A stretch of 39,404 bases of DNA from positions 1-39,404 of IMG/VR virus record IMGVR_UViG_3300032295_002394; one strand, 5' to 3'. This DNA is from a virus. Lineage: Duplodnaviria > Caudoviricetes. Below, one piece after another: positions 26,577 through 34,355 of the stretch (positions are counted from its first letter, which is position 1; the number at the start of each line of letters is the position of its first letter). Under the pieces are notes generated by a model. It was given only the letters and a program-made list of their open reading frames with translations. It ran no database searches and had not been told where the DNA came from. A program made the translations under genes and the position numbers.

Positions 26577-27254
26577 TTATTCTTTTGGTCTTGCGACAAA
26601 ATAGATAATAGTACCTAATACTGCAACGCCTACTAAACTTAATATAACAATTGTTGTTGTACTCATTTTTGTATCAGGGTCATCATCTTTTCCTCCACCA
26701 CCTGTGTTTCCACCTGTGTTTACATTTGTGTTTCCACCTACATTTGCACCTACTTGCGCTTGTGCATTTGCAATTGCTCTATCAGTTTGATTTTTGTCAT
26801 ATTTTCCAAAACCATCTAATACTTGAGAAAATAAATTTCCGAAATTAAGACCACCGAAAAAACCTTTTGGAGGTGTTCCTGAAGCACCTGTTGGAGCAGG
26901 TTCTCCTGTATCTGTGTAACCGTCTTCCCCTCCTGTGCTATTCATAAAACCACTTGCTCGGAAATATTGAGCGTTTCCACTCATTCTAAAATATTGAGCA
27001 TTTTGAGTCATTCCACCTGCAAGAACTTCGATTACTTTTGGGTTTGAAATAAATTTTTGCAAGTCCATTGCAAAAGATTTAGAAAATTTTAATAAGTTAG
27101 CCATTAAAGAAGCAATTTGTTGAGATGAAGCACCATTAGGTACAGTAACTCCGTTTTTCAACAATAATGCAATCATTTGGCTTCTATAATTTTTAACAAG
27201 CAATACTAAAGTCATTGCTCCTGTTTCAATCGTTGGTTGAATATTTTTTGCCAT
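26577..27254 (-). CDS. C-anchored virion protein with triple FxxAxG-type motif
   Basis: YFRMSG-NAQ-YFRASG-FMNSTG in mid-protein; Gly/Asn linker; C-terminal TM. Confidence 0.7.
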   Translation of the reverse strand: MAKNIQPTIETGAMTLVLLVKNYRSQMIALLLKNGVTVPNGASSQQIASLMANLLKFSKSFAMDLQKFISNPKVIEVLAGGMTQNAQYFRMSGNAQYFRASGFMNSTGGEDGYTDTGEPAPTGASGTPPKGFFGGLNFGNLFSQVLDGFGKYDKNQTDRAIANAQAQVGANVGGNTNVNTGGNTGGGGKDDDPDTKMSTTTIVILSLVGVAVLGTIIYFVARPKE

Positions 27255-27256
27255 TT

Positions 27257-27688
27257 TTATTTATTTTTTAAAATTAATGCAGTTGCTATAAACAAAGCGG
27301 AAACTACTAAAATAACATTCGTTTGGTTTGCCAATAAATGTGTATTCGTTGTAGAAGTGCTTGACTTTTCATCTGCAAATTTACCTGTTCCCGTAACATT
27401 TAAGTATTGTAAGTTATCCTCAATACGTCTTCTATTTTTACAACTGTCGCAACCGCAACTTTTTTCTTCTTTGTCTTCGGTTTTTTCAGTTGCGTATAAT
27501 TCTAAAATAACATCTTTGTCGGGGTGGTTGTCCATAACTTTCTTAAAAGCAGGTTCTCCCACTTCGGCTACTAACTCACTCAAACTTTTACCTAAATCAG
27601 AAGTGTTTCGTACATCGTAACCAAAAGAATTGATTATTTGCACCGCACCATTGGGATTAGATTCTGCAACATATTTGAATACGTTCAT
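27257..27688 (-). CDS. C-anchored protein immediately downstream of the capsid candidate
   Basis: Helical N-domain, CGCDSC, YLNVTG motif, C-terminal TM. Confidence 0.7.
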   Translation of the reverse strand: MNVFKYVAESNPNGAVQIINSFGYDVRNTSDLGKSLSELVAEVGEPAFKKVMDNHPDKDVILELYATEKTEDKEEKSCGCDSCKNRRRIEDNLQYLNVTGTGKFADEKSSTSTTNTHLLANQTNVILVVSALFIATALILKNK

Positions 27689-27706
27689 ATTTTTTTGTTT
27701 TTAAGC

Positions 27707-27740
27707 AAAAAAGAGCAAGTAGAAATGAATCACTTGCTCT
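27707..27740 (-). terminator. Rho-independent terminator after the capsid candidate
   Basis: Stem AGAGCAAGT/ACTTGCTCT (27712-27720 / 27732-27740), followed by a U-tract on the minus strand. Confidence 0.75.
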
Positions 27741-27782
27741 CTTTCTAAATTATACATTAATTCGTTATATCATTTCTGATAA

Positions 27783-28484
27783 TTACGCTCTTAACTTGAT
27801 GGTTTGACCATTAGTTACAGGAGGCGTACCGAATTGTCTGCTTACAGGTTGTCCACCTAATGCTCTCGCAAGGTTGATGTTATCAGCAGGGTAGAAGTAT
27901 AACGATACAGTAGCATTTGCTAACACTTGAGCAATCGTGATTTTTGTGAAACCATCAATTCTGTAAGCATACTTCATCGCAATAATCGTAGTTTGTTGCT
28001 GATATGGGTCAATTGTAGGCACTAATGTTTTTTGTGCCAAGTTACCATTCGCATCTCTTGTGTTAACCGCCAATGTTTGTAACACTTGGTTAGCAGTAGC
28101 CGATTGAATGTAAGTTAAACCAACAGAATATGGGTTGTTCATAAATTGATACAACATCTCTTGGTAGTTAATGTTAGGGATTCCTGAACTAATAGTTATA
28201 GAACCGATAACCAAGTTTCCGTTTGTTTGGAAACCTGCGTTGTTGATGTATTGGTATGAACCTAATACGTCAAAATTAGAAACTGCTGACCCTGAAGTAG
28301 AAGTCACGTTAATAATATAAGGTTGAGATGTTTGAATATCTCCACCCATTGCCATTCCACCATCTGCACGGAAGAAATCATCTCCTGTGAAAGAAAGGTC
28401 TTGGTCGATGAATCCATCTGCATTTGAGAAAGACTCCATTGCACTTTGACGTGCATTACTTAAATATCTTCTTACGTTTGACAT
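27783..28484 (-). CDS. Candidate major capsid protein (single jelly-roll-like, with N-terminal propeptide)
   Basis: Soluble and beta-strand rich; strong AAC/ATC/TTC/TAC codon use in an AT-rich genome; dedicated promoter and terminator; near the packaging ATPase. The fold is inferred, not verified. Confidence 0.6.
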   Translation of the reverse strand: MSNVRRYLSNARQSAMESFSNADGFIDQDLSFTGDDFFRADGGMAMGGDIQTSQPYIINVTSTSGSAVSNFDVLGSYQYINNAGFQTNGNLVIGSITISSGIPNINYQEMLYQFMNNPYSVGLTYIQSATANQVLQTLAVNTRDANGNLAQKTLVPTIDPYQQQTTIIAMKYAYRIDGFTKITIAQVLANATVSLYFYPADNINLARALGGQPVSRQFGTPPVTNGQTIKLRA

Positions 28485-28538
28485 TTTGATTAATTTTATA
28501 ATTTAATAATTTTTTTTAAAACTCGGTTTGACACCAAA

Positions 28539-28661
28539 TTATGCTTTTGCAGGAGCGTCAACTTTTTTCGCTAACAATGTTGTTTGAACATAGTTTGCAA
28601 TCAACACACCAACAACAACTACGGCAACACTTTTTAATAAAGGAACAATTTCGTTTTTCAT
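28539..28661 (-). CDS. 40-aa membrane protein co-transcribed with the capsid candidate (not in ORF track)
   Basis: MKNEIVPLLKSVAVVVVGVLIANYVQTTLLAKKVDAPAKA. Confidence 0.75.
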   Translation of the reverse strand: MKNEIVPLLKSVAVVVVGVLIANYVQTTLLAKKVDAPAKA

Positions 28662-28726
28662 TACAGAATGATTTTTTTGATTAAACTTATTTTTAATGAT
28701 AATTATTTACAGAAATAATATCAAGT

Positions 28727-28734
28727 CAAAAGTA
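28727..28734 (-). promoter_or_regulatory. Bacteroidota-type -7 promoter box for the capsid operon
   Basis: Minus strand TACTTTTG in the largest intergenic gap. Confidence 0.55.
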
Positions 28735-28815
28735 TAATATAAATCAACATTAAATATATGTTAATGCCTACTTTATCTTTAACAAATTATTTTCAAACTA
28801 TTTTAAATTAATTAT

Positions 28816-28842
28816 AAAAGAAAAACGCACCGTGTTGGTGCG
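28816..28842 (-). terminator. Rho-independent terminator after the lysis cassette
   Basis: Stem CGCACC/GGTGCG (28826-28842) with a minus-strand U-tract. Confidence 0.7.
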
Positions 28843-28851
28843 CTTTGATTC

Positions 28852-29283
28852 TTATTTTATAATAAAGTAACTTGTTGATAATATCCCTAAAACAGAGAGG
28901 AACTTATAAAGGAATGTTGTCCTCTTTTGTTTGGATAGTTCTTTTCTATATGTATTAGATATTTCCTCTTGCTTGGTAAACATTTCGTCTTTTTTTGAAA
29001 TAATCAAATTAAGGGCTTCTTTCTGCTTACCTAAAGTATTTATAATACTGTCTTTAAGTGTTACTTCTTTTTTGGTTAAGTCAAGATTACTCCTTACCAA
29101 CTTGATTTCTGCTCTACAAAAATCGCCACTAACAAGGTCGTTTGCTATCTTCCTTGCTATTAAAGTATCAATAGTTACTAAATTAGAAACTTTACTATTG
29201 CTTTTTGGAATACCTGTCTGTGAAATAGCGTTCCCACATATCAGCATCATAAGACTTAAACTTATCAATTTGAATTTTTTCAT
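28852..29283 (-). CDS. Spanin-like accessory lysis protein (signal peptide, coiled coil, C-terminal TM)
   Basis: Overlaps the upstream gene by 89 bp and follows the endolysin; no canonical lipobox. Confidence 0.5.
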   Translation of the reverse strand: MKKFKLISLSLMMLICGNAISQTGIPKSNSKVSNLVTIDTLIARKIANDLVSGDFCRAEIKLVRSNLDLTKKEVTLKDSIINTLGKQKEALNLIISKKDEMFTKQEEISNTYRKELSKQKRTTFLYKFLSVLGILSTSYFIIK

Positions 29284-29566
29284 CTCTTTTTAAATTTTCA
29301 ATTTTTGTGTTATTAATATTTACTGCATTGTGGACATTTTTAATTTCTAAATTAAAAGTATCAATTTTTTTATCTAAAGCCTTTTCGGTTTTGTAAATTT
29401 CATCTACATCTTCTTTTAGTTTAGAGATTTCTTCCTTAATGTAGTTAACCTTTAATGCTTCTCTACCATTACCCACTACACTAAATAATTGAAAAACTAA
29501 AAGAAGCCCTGCTATAATTAAAAGCAAGTTAATCCTATTTGATAATATATTTTTTAAATCTTCCAT
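29195..29566 (-). CDS. i-spanin-like protein (N-terminal TM plus coiled coil)
   Basis: TM LLLIIAGLLLVFQLF, long coiled coil, directly after the endolysin. Confidence 0.55.
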   Translation of the reverse strand: MEDLKNILSNRINLLLIIAGLLLVFQLFSVVGNGREALKVNYIKEEISKLKEDVDEIYKTEKALDKKIDTFNLEIKNVHNAVNINNTKIENLKRDEKIQIDKFKSYDADMWERYFTDRYSKKQ

Positions 29567-29579
29567 TAAATAAATTTAT

Positions 29580-30047
29580 TTATGAATAAGGTTGATAAGC
29601 AGTTTTTCCTCCGCTTTTAACTGCTCGTAAAGTTTGTTTACGTTGCTTACCTTTTGGATTATAAGAAACGTGTACCCAATCAGGATTGTCTTTAGTTCCA
29701 AATTCCCAAATTAATTGGTCGTAGTTTAAATTTGCTTTGATGTAATCAAAAACCATTTTATTTGTTACACCATTTTTAGTTCCGTCCATATCAAGGTCAA
29801 GGGCTTGACCCAAGCAATGTTGGCTTGTCAAACTCCCGCCAATAGCAGTATTAAGAGCCTTGCTTCTGTACCCTGACGACACAAATATTGGTACGCCAAA
29901 ATGTTTACGAATTGGCTCAAAAATATTTTCTGCCAAAATTTTAAAGTTTTCAATGTGTTCAGGAGTAGGCATATTACTTAATCCTTTTCTTTTTGCCATA
30001 TCGCTACGAGTAACTTCTGACAAGTCTAAATGTTCTGATAATTTCAT
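29580..30047 (-). CDS. Endolysin, peptidase M15A (Peptidase_M15_3-like) family
   Basis: SSGYRS..LN.AIGG..TSQHCLGQALDL..WVHVSY zinc-ligand motifs. Confidence 0.9.
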   Translation of the reverse strand: MKLSEHLDLSEVTRSDMAKRKGLSNMPTPEHIENFKILAENIFEPIRKHFGVPIFVSSGYRSKALNTAIGGSLTSQHCLGQALDLDMDGTKNGVTNKMVFDYIKANLNYDQLIWEFGTKDNPDWVHVSYNPKGKQRKQTLRAVKSGGKTAYQPYS

Positions 30048-30075
30048 AATTGTAGATTGTTAATTGTTAATTGTT

Positions 30076-30351
30076 TTATTCAGCCGAGTTTTCTTCGTTT
30101 TTAGCAACAGTTCCTTTTTTACCGAAAACTTTTTCAAGTCCTGTAATACCTAATGCCCCAAATGATAAAAGTGCAACTGCGTCAACTAAAGGTGCGCTTG
30201 GTGCGTTATCAATGTGAGTAAAACTATTTGCAAAAAGAGTTGCAAACAATGTAAATGAACCTACGATTCCTACAAGTCTTTTAGAACTTGGCTCTGATTT
30301 TTCACAAAAAAACTTTGTAATAAACCATCTTTCTTGTTTTTTACTTTCCAT
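30076..30351 (-). CDS. Holin candidate (two TM)
   Basis: SSKRLVG followed by two hydrophobic helices and a charged tail, directly upstream of the endolysin. Confidence 0.7.
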   Translation of the reverse strand: MESKKQERWFITKFFCEKSEPSSKRLVGIVGSFTLFATLFANSFTHIDNAPSAPLVDAVALLSFGALGITGLEKVFGKKGTVAKNEENSAE

Positions 30352-30414
30352 AACTTTAATTTTTAATGATTAATATTCAGTTAATTAAAGTTTCTTGGTT
30401 TGGAAATATTTTAT

Positions 30415-30447
30415 CAAAATTAATAAATTTTGCGAGATTTATGCAAA
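30415..30447 (-). promoter_or_regulatory. Bacteroidota sigma70-type promoter (TTTG-N21-TAnnTTTG) for the lysis cassette, overlapped by an inverted repeat
   Basis: Minus strand TTTG (30444-30447) and TAATTTTG (30415-30422); TTGCGAG/CTCGCAA repeat at 30430-30456. Confidence 0.55.
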
Positions 30448-30466
30448 ACCTCGCAATTTTTATTTT

Positions 30467-31282
30467 TTATCCAACATATTGTTTCATCAATTGTTTTGTT
30501 TTGAACTTTAAAGCCTCTTGCAAAGTCATTGGCTTTGTTGAAGTCAGAGGATTTTTTAAAGTCAAAGGTTTTAATAACTTATTTTGATTTGCAATTAAAT
30601 AATCTTCAACAATTTTTTCAAATCGTTTTCTGTCTTTTAACAAAACTTTTTCGTCATCAATATCTACATAAGTAAAAACCCTTTTATCGCCATCTTCGTA
30701 TTGTGTGTTAATATACGCTTCTACTAATAATAACAATTCTAATTTTTCCTCAAACTTATTCCTGTGCTTAATTACGTCATCGGTAATTTTATGAAATCTA
30801 ATCCAATTTAGATTCTGCCAAATTTTTGGCGAAATCCTACCTATTGACTGAAAGTGAAGAATAATGTCTGTGTCCGTGTGTCTGTTAGTACAGATTGCGC
30901 CAACAAGGTCATTCGGTAAGTAGTCACTAACGTAGCGGTTAATGTCTTCGATAAGTAATAGTCCACCTCTATAATCGTTTAATATTTTAAATAATACTTC
31001 TTGTATCTCTCTTAAAGTCATTCTAACACCGTTATCGTGAAACGGTCTTATTCGTCTTGCTTCAATTTTAGGGTGCGCCGAAAATCTAACAATATCCGAT
31101 TGTTTTAATGCTTTTATGTCTTCAAATTCGTCATTTACATCAAGAATTAAAGCACGTCTTGCAGGAACTCCTTTAGCGGGATTCCCTAATACATATTGCT
31201 TTATCATCTTGGTAGTAGTAAAGGTTTTTCCGCAACCTTTTCGCCCTACCGCAACTCCTAATTTTGGTTCTCTAATTTCCAT
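30467..31282 (-). CDS. FtsK/HerA-superfamily genome packaging ATPase (A32/PRD1 P9-like)
   Basis: Walker A GRKGCGKT at the N-terminus, Walker B variant LLLIED, arginine finger NRH, sensor HFQS; 271 aa with no nuclease domain. Confidence 0.8.
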   Translation of the reverse strand: MEIREPKLGVAVGRKGCGKTFTTTKMIKQYVLGNPAKGVPARRALILDVNDEFEDIKALKQSDIVRFSAHPKIEARRIRPFHDNGVRMTLREIQEVLFKILNDYRGGLLLIEDINRYVSDYLPNDLVGAICTNRHTDTDIILHFQSIGRISPKIWQNLNWIRFHKITDDVIKHRNKFEEKLELLLLVEAYINTQYEDGDKRVFTYVDIDDEKVLLKDRKRFEKIVEDYLIANQNKLLKPLTLKNPLTSTKPMTLQEALKFKTKQLMKQYVG

Positions 31283-31283
31283 A

Positions 31284-31400
31284 TTATCTGTCCTTGTATA
31301 GTTTGTAAATAAAAAACATCAGCCACATAACAAGTAACAACATAACAACCCAAAGAGGATTGTTATTGTTGTTCTCATTACCTGTTACGTTACTTGCCAT
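31284..31400 (-). CDS. 38-aa membrane protein next to the ATPase (not in ORF track)
   Basis: MASNVTGNENNNNNPLWVVMLLLVMWLMFFIYKLYKDR; its start overlaps the upstream stop. Confidence 0.7.
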   Translation of the reverse strand: MASNVTGNENNNNNPLWVVMLLLVMWLMFFIYKLYKDR

Positions 31401-32506
31401 TATTTTTTACCTCCTCTTGGTTTTTTAACTGCGGTTGTTCTTGCTTTTCTTACAGGTTTCTTTGGTTCATTACCGCTTAATCTTTCTAATTCAGAAAGGA
31501 TTGCAGGGTCGCCGAATTGTGGCATACCTGCTACGTCTTTAAAGTCATCTGTAAATCCACCGTTATCTTTCAAGTTACTATAAACGCCTTGTTCTTCAGG
31601 TTCAAAATAAGCCAACTGTTCGTCTAAATTAGTTTTAGGCGCACTTCTTTCAGGTCTTCTTCTTTGTCTGCTTACAGGCTCTTGAATAACTTCCGCTATA
31701 TTTTCTGTATATGAAACATCGTTATCAACAGGCTCTTGATATATAGGCTCTTGATATGTAGGTGCTTGATATTGTTGTTGAGGTTCAGGTCTTGGAGGTT
31801 CAGGTCTTGAATTTCTCATACTATTTTCTCTCATAGCCATAGTATTCTCTTTTAAAGAGTCTAAAATGCTATTAGTAGTTTTCTTTAACATAAATGCTTG
31901 TGCGCCCTTTGTAGCAATATCAGTACCAAAGTAGTACATCAATAATTGCTCATCGGTCATTCCAATACCACGTTTTTTGAATACACGAATTAAAGGTGCT
32001 TTTACTTTGTCTTTGAATTCGTCACTTACAACAAACGCTTCTTTAATGCTATCATTAAATTCAACGGCAAAATCTTTAATTGGCATATTACCTGCTTCAG
32101 TTTGAAGCGTAATACTTGGGTCAATTTCTCCCTCTGCAATTAACTTGTCAATTTTTGTTTCGCTTATTTCAGGAATTTTACCTAAATAGAAACAACCTTT
32201 TTCGTAGATGTCTAAAGTCATTTCAGCCATCATCTCTGCCCCCATAGTTTTCTCCTTACCGTCTAATTGAGAATAACTTTCGTTGAAAGGTCTTTCAGGT
32301 TCAGATGCTTCTTCTTCAGCAGTTCCATCAAGGTCTGCGAAACTTGGTCGCTCAAAAGTAGGTTCTTCCAATTCCCCCATTTCTTGAGCATCGCCCATTT
32401 TATGTTGTGTGTACGACCTTTGTTTTACAGGTGCGTCTAAAGGCGAGAAATCATCATTAATAATTTCTACATCTTGAATGTCTTCGTAGTTTTCTTGGTT
32501 AATCAT
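31400..32506 (-). CDS. Acidic 368-aa hypothetical protein (packaging accessory/scaffold candidate)
   Basis: E/D-rich disordered termini, helical core, basic C-terminal tail. Confidence 0.7.
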   Translation of the reverse strand: MINQENYEDIQDVEIINDDFSPLDAPVKQRSYTQHKMGDAQEMGELEEPTFERPSFADLDGTAEEEASEPERPFNESYSQLDGKEKTMGAEMMAEMTLDIYEKGCFYLGKIPEISETKIDKLIAEGEIDPSITLQTEAGNMPIKDFAVEFNDSIKEAFVVSDEFKDKVKAPLIRVFKKRGIGMTDEQLLMYYFGTDIATKGAQAFMLKKTTNSILDSLKENTMAMRENSMRNSRPEPPRPEPQQQYQAPTYQEPIYQEPVDNDVSYTENIAEVIQEPVSRQRRRPERSAPKTNLDEQLAYFEPEEQGVYSNLKDNGGFTDDFKDVAGMPQFGDPAILSELERLSGNEPKKPVRKARTTAVKKPRGGKK

Positions 32507-32942
32507 TTTTAAATAATTTATTTATGTTAGCATTAATGTTGTCAATTTTCTGTAATACCTGTCTGTCTGACGGGTGGTTTGAATTTAATCTCAATATTTC
32601 TTGTTTGTACAAAGATACTAAAGTGTCGGGTTTTTTCAAAATATAAGATATGTTTGAATTATCGAGTTTGAGTTCTTTTTGTATTACAAACGCACAAACG
32701 CCTATTGATATTCTTCGATTGTTTTTTCGCTTCATATCAAAAATGTCGTCCAAAGAAATATTGAATTCATCACAAACAAGTTGAACTAATTTTAATGCTT
32801 GTTCTATTTGTTCCTGATTTAAAGTAGGTGGATTTTTTCTTGAGTATTTTAAAATCTCAATTAACTTATCAGCCCCTATGATTTGGATTGTCTTGTCTAA
32901 TTCCTTAAACACTAAAGACACGTTGTTAGTTTCCTCTTTCAT
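32499..32942 (-). CDS. DnaA domain IV (Bac_DnaA_C)-like DNA-binding protein
   Basis: LVCDEFNISLDDIFDMKRK..ISYILKKPDTLVS resembles the DnaA C-terminal HTH, degenerate. Confidence 0.55.
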   Translation of the reverse strand: MKEETNNVSLVFKELDKTIQIIGADKLIEILKYSRKNPPTLNQEQIEQALKLVQLVCDEFNISLDDIFDMKRKNNRRISIGVCAFVIQKELKLDNSNISYILKKPDTLVSLYKQEILRLNSNHPSDRQVLQKIDNINANINKLFKND

Positions 32943-32944
32943 AA

Positions 32945-33331
32945 CTATTCCTTTAAGTATTCGTCTATGATTTGTTTAGTCATATCAAAACCCCAAGAAA
33001 ATTCTGCCTTATAGCCTTTTGAAGTAAGTTTAAGCAAACATTCGTGTTGTAGTTTTAAGTGGTCTTTTTGAGAAGCCTTAATTGTACCGTCTTTCTTAAA
33101 AGGAGTTTCTATTTTAAGTTCAATAAATAAACCACAGTAGCCTTGTCGTGGCTCAAGAATTAAAACGTCAGGGCATTTAAACCCGTTTTTTTGAACGAGT
33201 TTGTTTCTTCCCGCCTGTCTTTCCGTTAATTTAACAGATGCAATTGTATCTGATAAAAAATCAACATCAGGATATTGGTAAGATAAATAACGGGCTACCG
33301 ATTTTTGTAGTTCATATTCCTCGTGTTTCAT
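32945..33331 (-). CDS. VRR-NUC (PD-(D/E)xK) nuclease, possible Holliday junction resolvase
   Basis: EYELQ..CPDVLI..GLFIELK..Q..L..KGY. Confidence 0.8.
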   Translation of the reverse strand: MKHEEYELQKSVARYLSYQYPDVDFLSDTIASVKLTERQAGRNKLVQKNGFKCPDVLILEPRQGYCGLFIELKIETPFKKDGTIKASQKDHLKLQHECLLKLTSKGYKAEFSWGFDMTKQIIDEYLKE

Positions 33332-33357
33332 ATTTTGTTGTTAGTTGTTCTTGGTTA

Positions 33358-34002
33358 TTAAATTCCGTATTTCTTCGTAAATTCAGGGTGTTTTAAAATT
33401 GCTTTTCCTAACTCTCTACCCCCATCGTTATCGCTTGGGTAATGGTGTCCTAAATAAACTCGGCTATACGATATATCTTCAATCAATTCCTTACAATATT
33501 GATACTCTGTCGGGTATTTATTCCCTAATACATTTAATATTACAATTGCTTGAGTCGTATGTCCTGACGGATAAGACGGTGTGTGAGCAGAAAAACTTTT
33601 ATATGGAAAAAGTTTTAATTTGTAATATTGTGCCAATTGAAAAGGTCTTGGTCGTTGAATATGAAATTTTAGTTTAAAAATTAAGTTCTGAATATCTACT
33701 ACAATTTCTGTTACTAACTCTTCAACTTCAATGTCTTTTTGTTTAAATATACTCGATATTGCTTGAATTAAATTTCTATCATACGCTAAATACCTTTTTA
33801 GATAATTTTGATTTTCAGGTTGCGACATTACTGCTAAACTATCTGCAACTTCGTTAAGTTCGTCCTTAACTAATTCAGAATCGTTATTAGGCACTACTGC
33901 GTCTTTAAAAGTATCAAAAAGGTCATCTACCAAACAAGTCCCTTGAATGAAACCTAATTGTTCGTGTGTTGGATTACCGTATGTTAAATCATTAAACTCC
34001 AT
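33358..34002 (-). CDS. PAP2/vanadium-haloperoxidase superfamily phosphatase (soluble type)
   Basis: Motifs KxxxxRPRP, PSYPSGH and SRVYLGHHYPSD. Confidence 0.85.
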   Translation of the reverse strand: MEFNDLTYGNPTHEQLGFIQGTCLVDDLFDTFKDAVVPNNDSELVKDELNEVADSLAVMSQPENQNYLKRYLAYDRNLIQAISSIFKQKDIEVEELVTEIVVDIQNLIFKLKFHIQRPRPFQLAQYYKLKLFPYKSFSAHTPSYPSGHTTQAIVILNVLGNKYPTEYQYCKELIEDISYSRVYLGHHYPSDNDGGRELGKAILKHPEFTKKYGI

Positions 34003-34006
34003 AGTG

Positions 34007-34345
34007 TTATTTTTGTCCTTGTCCTACACAACTTGTCATAAAGTTATCGTATGTCTTTTGCGTTTGTTCTTGGGAACTAAATTTTTGCGTTTCAGCAAAT
34101 TTAAGCCATTTTTCTTTACATATTACAACTTGAGGAGTATCTAAAGTTTCAACAACTTCAGGCTCTTCAATTTTAGTTGTACCCGCTTCAGCAGGGGCAT
34201 TTGTTGATGCAGGAGTTATTGTTTCTGTTGTCGTATCAGAAACACTCATATCCTTTACGACAGTAGTCTTTTTGGCTACTGCTTTACAAACTATAAATCC
34301 AAGTACAAATCCTGCACCTGCAAAAATTAAATCTCTTCTGTTCAT
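34007..34345 (-). CDS. N-anchored protein with C-terminal 2-Cys helical hairpin (family E)
   Basis: DLIFAGAGFVLG leader; CKEKW..FMTSC. Confidence 0.7.
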   Translation of the reverse strand: MNRRDLIFAGAGFVLGFIVCKAVAKKTTVVKDMSVSDTTTETITPASTNAPAEAGTTKIEEPEVVETLDTPQVVICKEKWLKFAETQKFSSQEQTQKTYDNFMTSCVGQGQK

Positions 34346-34355
34346 ATTAATTTAA

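Noticed and set aside
5979-27688. Alternative genetic code fragmenting long genes into short ORFs
   Set aside because: The ORFs end mostly in TAA, change frame between genes and each has its own start and terminal anchor, so they are genuinely small.
28663-28851. tRNA or structured ncRNA in the largest intergenic gap
   Set aside because: Very AT-rich with no cloverleaf; explained by a terminator plus a promoter.
27783-31282. Eukaryotic giant virus or virophage origin
   Set aside because: Holin, M15 endolysin, transglycosylases, peptidoglycan-binding domains, coupled operons and Bacteroidota promoters point to a bacterial host.
30467-31282. Terminase large subunit or conjugative VirB4/TraG
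   Set aside because: Only 271 aa, with no nuclease domain or TM and no T4SS or portal neighbours; the motif order fits small FtsK/HerA packaging ATPases.
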